DNA from: Heterodontus francisci
Lineage: Eukaryota
Direction: 5' to 3'
Length of the DNA: 64,000 nt
Assembly (NCBI RefSeq): GCF_036365525.1
Contig: NC_090399.1
Span: forward strand, 42,812,430-42,876,429
Shown: one piece after another, positions 35,824 through 51,800 of the stretch
Layout: each line of letters opens with the position of its first letter
Numbering within the stretch: position 1 is the first letter of the stretch
Position numbers and translations under genes: made by a program
Notes under the pieces: model-generated
What the model saw: only the letters and a program-made list of their open reading frames with translations
What the model was told of the DNA's origin: nothing
Database searches by the model: none

Positions 35824-36443
35824 TCATAGAGTCATTTACAGCACAGAAGGAAGCTGTTCGGCCCGTCGAGTCTGTGCTTTCTCTCCACTGAGCTATCCAG
35901 TCAGTCCCACTCCCCTGCTCAATCCCCATTGCCCTGCAAGTCTATTTCTCTCAGGTGGCCATCCGACTTCCTCTTGAAGTCATTGATCGTCTCCGCTTCC
36001 ACCATCCTTGTGGACAGCGAGTTCCAGGTCATTACCACCCACTGTGTAAAAAGTGCTTCCTCATATTCTCCCTGCATCTTTTGTCCAAAACCTTCAATCT
36101 GTGTCCCCTAGCCCTTGTACCATTAGTTAATGGGAACAGTTTTTCCTCTAAGCTTGTCATAATCTTGTCCATTTCTATTAAATCTCCTCTCAATCTCTTT
36201 TGTTCTAAGGAGAACAAACCCAGCTTTTCCAACCTAACATTGTAACTAAAATCCTCCATCCCTAGAACCATTCTGGTAAATATCCTCTGCACCTTATCTC
36301 GGATCCTCACATCCTTCCTGAAGTGTGATAACCAGAACTGAACAGGATACTCCAGTTGGGGCCTAACCAGAGATTTATAAAGGTTCAGCACAACTTCCCT
36401 GCTTTTGTGCTCAATGCCTGTGTTTATGAAGCCCAAGATCTCA
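35824..36443 (-). mobile_element. CR1 3' fragment inserted in inverted orientation inside a CR1 of its own family
   Basis: Reverse complement of ~38300-38937 (LYKSLVRPQLEY..RLRGDLIE). Confidence 0.85.
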
Positions 36444-36984
36444 TATGTTTAAAGAAGGGAATAGTTCCATATTGGATGGGAGTGAATGGAAAAGGACTAT
36501 GAAGAATGCAAAGACAGGATTACAATGTACATGTGTAAACACAAAAAGTGTGGTGAATCAGGTTGGTGAGCTACAAGCACAAATAGCATTCTGGGAATAT
36601 GATATGGTGGCAATAACGGAAACATGGCTTACAAATGGCGGGGACTGAGTGCTTAATATACAAGGATAGATGTTCAGCAAAGATAGAGAAGGAAATAAGG
36701 GAGGTGGGGTGGCAGTCCTGATTAGGGAAGACATTGCAGTGCTGGAAAGGGAGGATGCATGGAAGGGGTAAGGACAGAATCCATTTGGTTAGAGTTGAGG
36801 TGCAAAAAAGTCTATGATAACAGTCCTAGGAGTATTGTATAGTGAGAGAGATAGAAGAGCAAATCTGCAGGGAAATCACAAAGATGTGCAATAACTATGC
36901 AGTGGTGATACTGGAGGATGTCAGGCAAACCCTCCACCTGCCAAGAATGAGGAAAATTAATTTCGCCACATGGTGGGTGGAATG

Positions 36985-37703
36985 TCAAGGGAGATGGTTA
37001 GGTTCTCCGTTTTTGGAGATGGTCATTGCCTGGCAATTGTGTGGCGTGAATGTTACTTGCCACTTATCAGCCCAAGCCTGCATATTGTCCAGGTCTTGCT
37101 GCATTTCCACACAGACTTCCTCAGTATGTGAGTCATTGTGAATGGTGCTGAACATCGCACATTTATCAGCGAACATCCCCACTTCTGATCTTATGGTTAA
37201 AGGAAGGTCACTGATGAAGCAGCTAAAGATGGTTGGGCCTAGGACACTACCTTGAGGAACTCCTGCAGTAATGTCCTGGAGCTGAGATGATTGACCTCCA
37301 ACAACCACAGCCATCTTCCTCTGCGTTAGGTATGACTCCGACCAGCAGAGAGTTTTCCACCTGATTCCCATTGATTCCAGTTTTGCTAGGGCTCCTTGAT
37401 GCCATACTCTGTCAAAGGCAGTTACTCTCACCTCACCTCTTTTGTCCATGTTTGGACCAGGTTTGTACTGAGGTCAGGAGCTGAGTGGCCGTGACTTGGA
37501 ACTATATCCCCGTTCCTTCACTGTCACTAGGTCAAAGGCCTGGATCTTCCTTCCTAACAGCACTGTGGGTGTACCTACCCAACATGGACTGCAGCGGTTC
37601 AAGAAGGCAGCTCACCAGCACCTTCCCAAGGGCAATAAGGGATGGACAATAAATGCTGGCCTAGCCAACGTTGCCCACATCTCCTGAACGAATGAAAAAA
37701 AAT
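36985..37703. mobile_element. 5'-inverted LINE insertion (family of 12200-14257)
   Basis: 36985-37490 is RT on minus (AGVPQGSVLGPTIF..FADKC). 37491-37703 is the 3' end on plus, ending gaatgaaaaaaaa. Confidence 0.8.
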
Positions 37704-38939
37704 CATGCTTGACTAATCTAATTGAATTTTTTGATAAAGTAACAGGGAAGGTTGATCAAGGAAATGTTGTGGATGTTGTTCATGCGGATTGTAAAAAGGT
37801 ATTTGATAACAGACAACATAAAAGGCTGATCAACAAAATTGAGGCTCATGGAATAGGTGGATCAATGCCCAATTGGATAAAAAAAAAAATTGGCTTAAGG
37901 ACAGAAAACAGCGAGTTATAGTAAATGGTTGCTTTTCAGAATGGAGCGGGTAGACAGTGGTGTTCCCCAAGGGTCAGTGCTGGGATCAATGCTTTTATGT
38001 ATGTTGTAAAAATGACTTGGATCTTGAAATACAGAAACAAATCCCAAAATTTGCTAATGACACCAACTTGGAGAACTTGAACTGCCTGCATCAGGACATA
38101 GATAGGACATAGTGCGCAGAAAGGGGCAGATGAAGTTTAACACAATGTGAGGTAATGCACTGTGGCAGAAGGAATAGGGAGAGGCAGTATATACTTAATG
38201 GCACAGTTCTAAAGAGTGTGCAAAAACAGAGGGACCTGGGGGTGCATGTGCATAGATCTTTGAAGGTTTCAGGACATATTGAGAGAGGATTAGTAAAGCA
38301 TATGGGATCTTGGGCTTCATAAATAGAGGTACTGAGTACAAATGCAGGAAGATTATGCTGAGCCTTTATAAAGCTCTGGTTAGACCCTAACTGGAGTATT
38401 GCTTCCAATTCTGGTCACCACACTTCAGGAATGATGTGAGGGTCCTTGAGAGGGTGTAGAGGAGATTTACCAGAATGGTTCCAGGGATGGAGGATTTTAG
38501 TTACAAGGTTAGGTTAGAAAAGCTGGGTTTGTTCTCCTTGGAGCAAAGGAGATTGAGGGAGATTTAATAGATGTGTAGAAGATTATGACAGGCTTAGATA
38601 AGGTAATCAAGAAAAACTGTTCCCATTAACTAATGGTACAAGGACCAGGGGACACAGATTGAAAGTTTTGGGTAAGAGATGTAGGAGGAGGTTGAGGAGA
38701 AACGTTTTTACGCAGCAGGTGGTAATGACCTGGAACTCACTGCCCACAAGGATGATGGAAGCAGAGACGATCAATAACTTCAAAAGGAAATTGCACGGCC
38801 ACCTGAGAGAAATAAACCTGCAGGGCTAGGGGGATTGAGCATAGCAGTGGGACTGAGTGGACAGTTCAGTGGAGAGTCAGCATGGACTTGATGGGCAAAT
38901 GGCCTCCTTCTGTGCTGTAAATGACTCTATGTCTATGAC

Positions 38940-39400
38940 CCCTGGACCCCATTCTGTGATTTAATGGAACAGTCTCCCACCCCCCACAACGCTGTTCTGT
39001 GTATTTAAAGCAACACTCCCTCACTCTTGGTGCACTGTGTATTTAAAGGAACACTCCCCCAACACCCCTCCCCCCCCACCCCGTTCTGTGTATTTAAAGG
39101 AACACTCCCTCACTCCGAAACCTTGCTCTGTGTATTTAAAGGAACACTCCCCCAACATCCACCCACCTCCCCCCCACTGGTTCTGTGTATTTAAAGGAAC
39201 AGTTCTTCACTCCTGGACACTGCTCTGTTTATTTAAACGAACACTCCCCCACCCCCGGACCCTGTGCTGTGTCTTTAGAGGAACACTCCCTCACTCCGAG
39301 ACATTGCTCTGTGTATTTAAAGAAACACTCCCCCACCCCCGGACCCTGTGCTGTGTGTTAAAGGACACCCAGAAATTGATCTGTGTATTTAATGAAACGA
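38940..39400. repeat. ~42-bp minisatellite, right segment
   Basis: About 10 units of ctgtgtatttaaaggaacactccc. Confidence 0.85.
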
Positions 39401-39548
39401 CTATCCCATTGGGCACTACCCTGTGGAACTACTTTTCTCGGGTGCATTGCCTCCCTGATCCTGCTCCACTTCCAGCTTCGCCCCATTCCATCCCGGATCC
39501 GTCAACTCACAGAAAGAGGCCGAGCGAAGTAGGAGGTTGAGGACTCAC

Positions 39549-39809
39549 CCGCTGACTGGTTGGCTCGGGACATGAGGATCGGAATACGGGCCTTGAACTT
39601 CATCTCTCGCTCCTGTGCCAGGAACTTCTTCCGTGCCCAAGCCTCAGGCCCTTCACTCTCCACCATCCACTGCTCCCGAGGAATCAACTCCTTCCGATCG
39701 CTGTCGTACATAACAAACTGGACATCGTCAACATAACCGACACCCACAAACTCCGGGAAACCAGGATTTGGAGTCATGGACGTGAAGAAATACCGGAGAG
39801 AGTGAGAGC
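39549..39809 (-). CDS. MHC class I heavy chain, alpha1 exon
   Basis: tttttcag|(G)[37 protein letters not shown]...PREQWM..EGPEAW...[10 protein letters not shown]|gtgagt. 261 nt, N86 glycosylation site NQS. Confidence 0.96.
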
Positions 39810-39827
39810 CTGAAAAACAGAGAAAAA

Positions 39828-42800
39828 GACATCAGGACATGAACCCCAAACCACCAACCCCACACAGAGAGAGAAATCGGGACACGAACCTCAAACCACC
39901 AACCCCACACAGAGAGAGACATCAGGACATGAACCCCAAAACACCAACCCCACACAGAGAGAGAAATCGGGACACGAACCTCAAACCACCAACCCCACAC
40001 AGAGAGAGACATCAGGACATGAACCCCAAAACACCAACCCCACACAGAGAGAGAAATCGGGACATGAACCCCAAACCACCAACCCCACACAGAGAGAGAA
40101 ATCGGGACATGAACCTCAAACCACCAACCCCACACAGAGAGAGCATTCAGGACATGAACCCCAAAACACCAACCCCACACAGAGAGAGAAATCGGGACAT
40201 GAACCTCAAACCACCAACCCCACAGAGACACATCAGGACATGAACCCCAAAACACAAACCCCTCACAGAGAAACATCAGGACATGAACCCCAAAACACCA
40301 ACCCCACATATCGAGACACATCAGGACATGAACCCCAAAAAACCAACCCCTCACAGAGAAACATCAGGACATGAACCCCAAAATACCAACCCCACACAGA
40401 GAGAGACATCAGGACATGAACCCCAAAACACCAACCCCACACAGAGAAACATCAGGACATGAACCCCAAAACACCAACCCCTCACAGAGAAACATCAGGA
40501 CATCAACCCCAAACAGACAGACATCAGGACATGAACCCACAAACACCAACCCCACACAGAGACATCAGGACATGAACCCCAAAACACCAACCCCACACAG
40601 ACAGACATCAGGACATGAACCCCAAAACACCAACCCCACACAGACAGACATCAGGACATGAACCCCAAAACACCAACCCCAATCAGAGAGACGTCAGGAC
40701 ATGAACCCAGAAACACCAACCCCACACAGAGAGAGACATCAGGACATGAACCCCAAAACACCAACCCCAATCAGAGAGACGTCAGGACATGAACCCAGAA
40801 ACACCAACCCCACTCAGAGAGACACATCAGGACATGAACCCCAAAACACAAACCCCACACAGACAGACATCAGGACATGAACCCCAAAACATCAACCCCA
40901 CACAGAGACATCAGGACATGAACCCCAAAACACAAACCCCACACAGAGACACATCAGGACATGAACCCCAAAACACCAACCCCACACATCGAGACACATC
41001 AGGACATGAACCCCAAAACACCAACCCCACATATCGAGACACATCAAGACATGAACCCCAAAACACCAACCCCACACATCGAGACACATCAGGACATGAA
41101 CCCCAAAACACCAACCCCACACATCGAGACACATCAGGACATGAACCCCAAAACACCAACCCCTCACAGAGAAACATCAGGACATGAACCCCAAAACACC
41201 AACCCCACACATCGAGACACATCAGGACATGAACCCCAAAACACAAACCCCACACATCGAGACACATGAGGACATGAACCCCAAAACACCAACCCCACAC
41301 AGAGACACATCAGGACATGAACCCCAAAACACCAACCCCACACAGAGACACATCAGGACATGAACCCCAAAACACCAACCCCACAAAAAGACATCAGGAC
41401 ATAAACCCCAAAACACCAACCCCACACAGAGAGACATCAGGACATAAACCCCAAAACAACAACCCCACAAAAAGACATCAGGACATAAACCCCAAAACAC
41501 CAACCCCACACAGAGAGACATCAGGACATAAACCCCAAAACACCAACCCCACACAGAGAGACATCAGGACATGAACCCAAAAACACCAGCCCCACACAGA
41601 GAGAGACATCAGGACATGAACCCCAAAGCACCAACCCCTCACAGAGAAACATCAGGACATGAACCCCAAAATACCAACCCCACACAGAGAGAGACATCAG
41701 GACATGAACCCCAAAACACCAACCCCACGCAGAGAGTCATCAGGACATGAACCCCAAAACACCAACCCCACACAGAGAGACATCAGGACATGAACCCCAA
41801 AACACCAACCCCACACAGAGAGACATCAGGACATGAACCCCAAAACACCAACCCCACACAGAGAGACATCAGGACATGAACCCCAAAACACCAAACCCAC
41901 ACAGAGAGACATCAGGACATGAACCCCAAAACACGAACCCCACACAGACAGACGTCAGGACATGAACCCAGAAACACCAACCCCACAGAGACACATCAGG
42001 ACATGAACCTCAAACCACCAACCCCACACAGAGAGAGACATCAGGACATGAACCCCAAAACACCAACCCCACACAGAGAGAGACATCAGGACATGAACAC
42101 CAAAACACCAACCCCAATCAGAGAGACGTCAGGACATGAACCCAGAAACACCAACCCCACTCAGAGAGACACATCAGGACATGAACCCCAAAACACAAAC
42201 CCCACACAGAAAGACATCAGGACATGAACCCCAAAACATCAACCCCACACAGAGACATCAGGACATGAACCCCAAAACACAAACCCCACACAGAGACACA
42301 TCAGGACATGAACCCCAAAACACCAACCCCACACATCGAGACACATCAGGACATGAACCCCAAAACACCAACCCCACATATCGAGACACATCAAGACATG
42401 AACCCCAAAACACCAACCCCACACATCGAGACACATCAGGACATGAACCCCAAAACACCAACCCCACACATCGAGACACATCAGGACATGAACCCCAAAA
42501 CACCAACCCCTCACAGAGAAACATCAGGACAAGAACCCCAAAACACCAACCCCACACATCGAGACACATGAGGACATGAACCCCAAAACACCAACCCCAC
42601 ACAGAGAGACACATCAAGACATGAACCCCAAAACACCAACCCCACACAACGAGACACATCAGGACATGAACCCCAAAACACAAACCCCACACAGAGACAC
42701 ATGAGGACATGAACCCCAAAACACCAACCCCACACAGAGAGACATCAGGACATGAACCCCAAAACACCAACCCCACACAGAGAGACACATCAAGACATGA

Positions 42801-45800
42801 ACCCCAAAACACCAACCCCACACAGAGACACATCAAGACATGAACCCCAAAACACCAACCCCACACATCGAGACACATCAAGACATGAACCCCAAAACAC
42901 CAACCCCACACATCGAGACACATCAAGACATGAACCCCAAAACACCAACCCCACACATCGAGACACATCAAGACATGAACCCCAAAACACCAACCCCACA
43001 CAGAGAGACATCAGGACATGAACCCCAAAACACCAACCCCACACATCGAGACACATCAAGACATGAACCCCAAAACACCAACCCCACACAGAGAGACACA
43101 TCAGGACATGATCCCCAAAACACCAACCCCACACATTGAGACACATCAGGACATGAACCCCAAAACACCAACCCCACACAGAGAGACATCAGGACATGAA
43201 CCCCAAAACACCAACCCCACACATCGAGACACATCAAGACATGAACCCCAAAACACCAACCCCACACAGAGAGACACATCAAGACATGAACCCCAAAACA
43301 CCAACCCCACACATCGAGACACATGAGGACATGAACCCCAAAACACCAACCCCACACAGAGACACATCAGGACATGAACCCCAAAACACCAACCCCACAC
43401 AGAGAGACATCAGGATATGAACCCAAAACACCAACCCCACACAGAGACACATCAGGACATGAACCCCAAAACACCAACCCCACAAAAAGACATCAGGACA
43501 TAAACCCCAAAACACCAACCCCACACAGAGAGACATCAGGACATGAACCCCAAAACACCAACCCCACACAGAGAGACATCAGGACATGAACCCAAAAACA
43601 CCAGCCCCACACAGAGAGAGACATCAGGACATGAACCCCAAAACACCAACCCCTCACAGAGAAACATCAGGACATGAACCCCAAAACACCAACCCCACAC
43701 AGAGAGAGACATCAGGACATGAACCCCAAAACACCAACCCCACACAGAGAAACATCAGGACATGAACCCCAAAACACCAACCCCTCACAGAGAAACATCA
43801 GGACATCAACCCCAAACAGACAGACATCAGGACATGAACCCACAAACACCAACCCCACACAGAGACATCAGGACATGAACCCCAAAACACCAACCCCACA
43901 CAGACAGACATCAGGACATGAACCCCAAAACACCAACCCCACACAGACAGACATCAGGACATGAACCCCAAAACACCAACCCCAATCAGAGAGACGTCAG
44001 GACATGAACCCAGAAACACCAACCCCACACAGAGAGAGACATCAGGACATGAACCCCAAAACACCAACCCCAATCAGAGAGACGTCAGGACATGAACCCA
44101 GAAACACCAACCCCACTCAGAGAGACACATCAGGACATGAACCCCAAAACACAAACCCCACACAGACAGACATCAGGACATGAACCCCAAAACATCAACC
44201 CCACACAGAGACATCAGGACATGAACCCCAAAACACAAACCCCACACAGAGACACATCAGGACATGAACCCCAAAACACCAACCCCACACATCGAGACAC
44301 ATCAGGACATGAACCCCAAAAGACCAACCCCACATATCGAGACACATCAAGACATGAACCCCAAAACACCAACCCCACACATCGAGACACATCAGGACAT
44401 GAACCCCAAAACACCAACCCCACACATCGAGACACATCAGGACATGAACCCCAAAACACCAACCCCTCACAGAGAAACATCAGGACATGAACCCCAAAAC
44501 ACCAACCCCACACATCGAGACACATCAGGACATGAACCCCAAAACACAAACCCCACACATCGAGACACATGAGGACATGAACCCCAAAACACCAACCCCA
44601 CACAGAGACACATCAGGACATGAACCCCAAAACACCAACCCCACACAGAGACACATCAGGACATGAACCCCAAAACACCAACCCCACAAAAAGACATCAG
44701 GACATAAACCCCAAAACACCAACCCCACACAGAGAGACATCAGGACATGAACCCCAAAACACCAACCCCACACAGAGAGACATCAGGACATGAACCCAAA
44801 AACACCAGCCCCACACAGAGAGAGACATCAGGACATGAACCCCAAAGCACCAACCCCTCACAGAGAAACATCAGGACATGAACCCCAAAATACCAACCCC
44901 ACACAGAGAGAGACATCAGGACATGAACCCCAAAACACCAACCCCACGCAGAGAGTCATCAGGACATGAACCCCAAAACACCAACCCCACACAGAGAGAC
45001 ATCAGGACATGAACCCCAAAACACCAACCCCACACAGAGAGACATCAGGACATGAACCCCAAAACACCAACCCCACACAGAGAGACATCAGGACATGAAC
45101 CCCAAAACACCAAACCCACACAGAGAGACATCAGGACATGAACCCCAAAACACGAACCCCACACAGACAGACGTCAGGACATGAACCCAGAAACACCAAC
45201 CCCACAGAGACACATCAGGACATGAACCTCAAACCACCAACCCCACACAGAGAGAGACATCAGGACATGAACCCCAAAACACCAACCCCACACAGAGAGA
45301 GACATCAGGACATGAACACCAAAACACCAACCCCAATCAGAGAGACGTCAGGACATGAACCCAGAAACACCAACCCCACTCAGAGAGACACATCAGGACA
45401 TGAACCCCAAAACACAAACCCCACACAGACAGACATCAGGACATGAACCCCAAAACATCAACCCCACACAGAGACATCAGGACATGAACCCCAAAACACA
45501 AACCCCACACAGAGACACATCAGGACATGAACCCAAAACACCAACCCCACACATCGAGACACATCAGGACATGAACCCCAAAAGACCAACCCCACATATC
45601 GAGACACATCAAGACATGAACCCCAAAACACCAACCCCACACATCGAGACACATCAGGACATGAACCCCAAAACACCAACCCCACACATCGAGACACATC
45701 AGGACATGAACCCCAAAACACCAACCCCTCACAGAGAAACATCAGGACAAGAACCCCAAAACACCAACCCCACACATCGAGACACATGAGGACATGAACC

Positions 45801-48800
45801 CCAAAACACCAACCCCACACAGAGAGACACATCAAGACATGAACCCCAAAACACAAACCCCACACATCGAGACACATGAGGACATGAACCCCAAAACACC
45901 AACCCCACACATCGAGACACATCAGGACATGAACCCCAAAACACAAACCCCACACAGAGACACATGAGGACATGAACCCCAAAACACCAACCCCACACAG
46001 AGAGACATCAGGACATGAACCCCAAAACACCAACCCCACACAGAGAGACACATCAAGACATGAACCCCAAAACACCAACCCCACACAGAGACACATCAAG
46101 ACATGAACCCCAAAACACCAACCCCACACATCGAGACACATCAAGACATGAACCCCAAAACACCAACCCCACACATCGAGACACATCAAGACATGAACCC
46201 CAAAACACCAACCCCACACATCGAGACACATCAAGCCATGAACCCCAAAACACCAACCCCACACAGAGAGACATCAGGACATGAACCCCAAAACACCAAC
46301 CCCACACATCGAGACACATCAAGACATGAACCCCAAAACACCAACCCCACACAGAGAGACACATCAGGACATGATCCCCAAAACACCAACCCCACACATT
46401 GAGACACATCAGGACATGAACCCCAAAACACCAACCCCACACAGAGAGACATCAGGACATGAACCCCAAAACACCAACCCCACACATCGAGACACATCAA
46501 GACATGAACCCCAAAACACCAACCCCACACAGAGAGACACATCAAGACATGAACCCCAAAACACCAACCCCACACATCGAGACACATGAGGACATGAACC
46601 CCAAAACACCAACCCCACACAGAGACACATGAGGACATGAACCCCATAACACCAACCCCACACAGAGAGACATCAGGACATGAACCCAGAAACACCAACC
46701 CCACAGAGACACATCAGGACATGAACCTCAAACCACCAACCCCACACAGAGAGAGACATCAGGACATGAACCCCAAAACACCAACCCCACACAGAGAGAG
46801 ACATCAGGACATGAACACCAAAACACCAACCCCAATCAGAGAGACGTCAGGACATGAACCCAGAAACACCAACCCCACTCAGAGAGACACATCAGGACAT
46901 GAACCCCAAAACACAAACCCCACACAGACAGACATCAGGACATGAACCCCAAAACATCAACCCCACACAGAGACATCAGGACATGAACCCCAAAACACAA
47001 ACCCCACACAGAGACACATCAGGACATGAACCCCAAAACACCAACCCCACACATCGAGACACATCAGGACATGAACCCCAAAACACCAACCCCACATATC
47101 GAGACACATCAAGACATGAACCCCAAAACACCAACCCCACACATCGAGACACATCAGGACATGAACCCCAAAACACCAACCCCACACATCGAGACACATC
47201 AGGACATGAACCCCAAAACACCAACCCCTCACAGAGAAACATCAGGACATGAACCCCAAAACACCAACCCCACACATCGAGACACATCAGGACATGAACC
47301 CCAAAACACCAACCCCACACATCGAGACACATGAGGACATGAACCCCAAAACACCAACCCCACACAGAGAGACACATCAAGACATGAACCCCAAAACACA
47401 AACCCCACACATCGAGACACATGAGGACATGAACCCCAAAACACCAACCCCACACATCGAGACACATCAGGACATGAACCCCAAAACACAAACCCCACAC
47501 AGAGACACATGAGGACATGAACCCCATAACACCAACCCCACACAGAGAGACATCAGGACATGAACCCCAAAACACCAACCCCACACAGAGAGACACATCA
47601 AGACATGAACCCCAAAACACCAACCCCACACAGAGACACATCAAGACATGAACCCCAAAACACCAACCCCACACATCGAGACACATCAAGACATGAACCC
47701 CAAAACACCAACCCCACACATCGAGACACATCAAGACATGAACCCCAAAACACCAACCCCACACATCGAGACACATCAAGACATGAACCCCAAAACACCA
47801 ACCCCACACAGAGAGACATCAGGACATGAACCCCAAAACACCAACCCCACACATCGAGACACATCAAGACATGAACCCCAAAACACCAACCCCACACAGA
47901 GAGACACATCAGGACATGATCCCCAAAACACCAACCCCACACAGAGACACATCAGGACATGAACCCCAAAACACCAACCCCATACAGAGAGACATCAGGA
48001 CATGAACCCCAAAACACCAACCCCACACATCGAGACACATCAAGACATGAACCCCAAAACACCAACCCCACACAGAGAGACACATCAAGACATGAACCCC
48101 AAAACACCAACCCCACACAGAGAGACAGATCAGGACATGAACCCCAAAACACCAACCCCACACAGAGAGACACATCCGGACATGAACCCCAAAACACCAA
48201 CCCCACACAGAGAGACATCAGGACATGAACCCCAAAACACCAACCCCACACAGAGACACATCAGGACATGAACCGCAAAACACCAACCCCACAAAAAGAC
48301 ATCAGGACATGAACCCCAAAACACCAACCCCACACAGAGAGACATCAGGACATGAACCCCAAAACACCAACCCCACACAGAGAGACATCAGGACATGAAC
48401 CCAAAAACACCAGCCCCACACAGAGAGAGACATCAGGACATGAACCCCAAAGCACCAACCCCTCACAGAGAAACATCAGGACATGAACCCCAAAATACCA
48501 ACCCCACACAGAGAGAAACATCAGGACATGAACCCCAAAACACCAACCCCACACATCGACACACATGAGGACATGAACCCCAAAACACCAACCCCACACA
48601 GAGACACATCAGGACATGAACCCCAAAACACCAACCCCACACAGAGAGACATCAGGATATGAACCCAAAACACCAACCCCACACAGAGACACATCAGGAC
48701 ATGAACCCCAAAACACCAACCCCACAAAAAGACATCAGGACATAAACCCCAAAACACCAACCCCACACAGAGAGACATCAGGACATGAACCCCAAAACAC

Positions 48801-51800
48801 CAACCCCACACAGAGAGACATCAGGACATGAACCCAAAAACACCAGCCCCACACAGAGAGAGACATCAGGACATGAACCCCAAAGCACCAACCCCTCACA
48901 GAGAAACATCAGGACATGAATCCAAAATACCAACCCCACCCAGAGAGAGACATCAGGACATGAACCCCAAAACACCAACCCCACGCAGAGAGTCATCAGG
49001 ACATGAACCCCAAAACACCAACCCCACACAGAGAGACATCAGGACATGAACCCCAAAACACCAACCCCACACAGAGAGACATCAGGACATGAACCCCAAA
49101 ACACCAACCCCACACAGAGAGACACATGAGGACATGAACCCCAAAACACCAACCCCACACATCGAGACACATCAGGACATGAACCCCAAAACACAAACCC
49201 CACACAGAGACACATGAGGACATGAACCCCAAAACACCAACCCCACACATCGAGAGACATCAGGACATGAACCCCAAAACACCAACCCCACACAGAGAGA
49301 CACATCAAGACATGAACCCCAAAACACCAACCCCACACATTGAGACACATCAGGACATGAACCCCAAAACACCAACCCCACACAGAGAGACATCAGGACA
49401 TGAACCCCAAAACACCAACCCCACACATCGAGACACATCAAGACATGAACCCCAAAACACCAACCCCACACAGAGAGACACATCAAGACATGAACCCCAA
49501 AACACCAACCCCACACATCGAGACACATGAGGACATGAACCCCAAAACACCAACCCCACACAGAGACACATCAGGACATGAACCCCAAAACACCAACCCC
49601 ACACAGAGAGACATCAGGATATGAACCCAAAACAACAACCCCACACAGAGACACATCAGGACATGAACCCCAAAACACCAACCCCACAAAAAGACATCAG
49701 GACATAAACCCCAAAACACCAACCCCACACAGAGAGACATCAGGACATGAACCCCAAAACACCAACCCCACACAGAGAGACATCAGGACATGAACCCAAA
49801 AACACCAGCCCCACACAGAGAGAGACATCAGGACATGAACCCCAAAGCACCAACCCCTCACAGAGAAACATCAGGACATGAACCCCAAAATACCAACCCC
49901 ACACAGAGAGAGACATCAGGACATGAACCCCAAAACACCAACCCCACACATCGAGACACATGAGGACATGAACGCCAAAACACCAACCCCACACAGAGAC
50001 ACATCAGGACATGAACCCCAAAACACCAACCCCACAAAAAGACATCAGGACATAAACCCCAAAACACCAACCCCACACAGAGAGACATCAGGACATGAAC
50101 CCCAAAACACCAACCCCACACAGAGAGACATCAGGACATGAACCCAAAAACACCAGCCCCACACAGAGAGAGACATCAGGACATGAACCCCAAAGCACCA
50201 ACCCCTCACAGAGAAACATCAGGACATGAATCCAAAATACCAACCCCACACAGAGAGAGACATCAGGACATGAACCCCAAAACACCAACCCCACGCAGAG
50301 AGTCATCAGGACATGAACCCCAAAACACCAACCCCACACAGAGAGACATCAGGACATGAACCCCAAAACACCAACCCCACACAGAGAGACATCAGGACAT
50401 GAACCCCAAAACACCAACCCCACACAGAGAGACATCAGGACATGAACCCCAAAACACCAACCCCACACAGAGAGACATCAGGACATGAACCCCAAAACAC
50501 GAACCCCACACAGACAGACATCAGGACATGAACCCCAAAACACCAACCCCAATCAGAGAGACGTCAGGACATGAACCCAGAAACACCAACCCCACAGAGA
50601 CACATCAGGACATGAACCTCAAACCACCAACCCCACACAGAGAGAGACATCAGGACATGAACCCCAAAACACCAACCCCACACAGAGAGAGACATCAGGA
50701 CATGAACACCAAAACACCAACCCCAATCAGAGAGACGTCAGGACATGAACCCAGAAACACCAACCCCACTCAGAGAGACACATCAGGACATGAACCCCAA
50801 AACACAAACCCCACACAGACAGACATCAGGACATGAACCCCAAAACATCAACCCCACACAGAGACATCAGGACATGAACCCCAAAACATCAACCCCACAC
50901 AGAGACATCAGGACATGAACCCCAAAACACAAACCCCACACAGAGACACATCAGGACATGAACCCCAAAACACCAACCCCACACATCGAGACACATCAGG
51001 ACATGAACCCCAAAACACCAACCCCACATATCGAGACACATCAAGACATGAACCCCAAAACACCAACCCCACACATCGAGACACATCAGGACATGAACCC
51101 CAAAACACCAACCCCACACATCGAGACACATCAGGACATGAACCCCAAAACACCAACCCCTCACAGAGAAACATCAGGACATGAACCCCAAAACACCAAC
51201 CCCACACATCGAGACACATCAGGACATGAACCCCAAAACACCAACCCCACACATCGAGACACATGAGGACATGAACCCCAAAACACCAACCCCACACAGA
51301 GAGACACATCAAGACATGAACCCCAAAACACAAACCCCACACATCGAGACACATGAGGACATGAACCCCAAAACACCAACCCCACACATCGAGACACATC
51401 AGGACATGAACCCCAAAACACAAACCCCACACAGAGACACATGAGGACATGAACCCCATAACACCAACCCCACACAGAGAGACATCAGGACATGAACCCC
51501 AAAACACCAACCCCACACAGAGAGACACATCAAGACATGAACCCCAAAACACCAACCCCACACAGAGACACATCAAGACATGAACCCCAAAACACCAACC
51601 CCACACATCGAGACACATCAAGACATGAACCCCAAAACACCAACCCCACACATCGAGACACATCAAGACATGAACCCCAAAACACCAACCCCACACATCG
51701 AGACACATCAAGACATGAACCCCAAAACACCAACCCCACACAGAGAGACATCAGGACATGAACCCCAAAACACCAACCCCACACATCGAGACACATCAAG

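Larger units (their letters stand above)
34045..38937 (+). mobile_element. Near full-length decayed CR1 LINE (repetitive 5' UTR, ORF1 zinc finger/leucine zipper plus SGNH esterase, ORF2 EN-RT) with nested insertions
   Basis: 5' UTR with about 4 copies of an 80-95 bp unit (34045-34350). ORF1 SCVVWEL..HMCWNCQQLQ and IVIRDSIVRGTDR..CCLHGARIKDV, GLHLNRAG. ORF2 CTCVNTKSVVN..VAITETWL and SCLTNLIEFFD..PQGSVLG. Tail tgactctatgtctatga. Confidence 0.85.
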
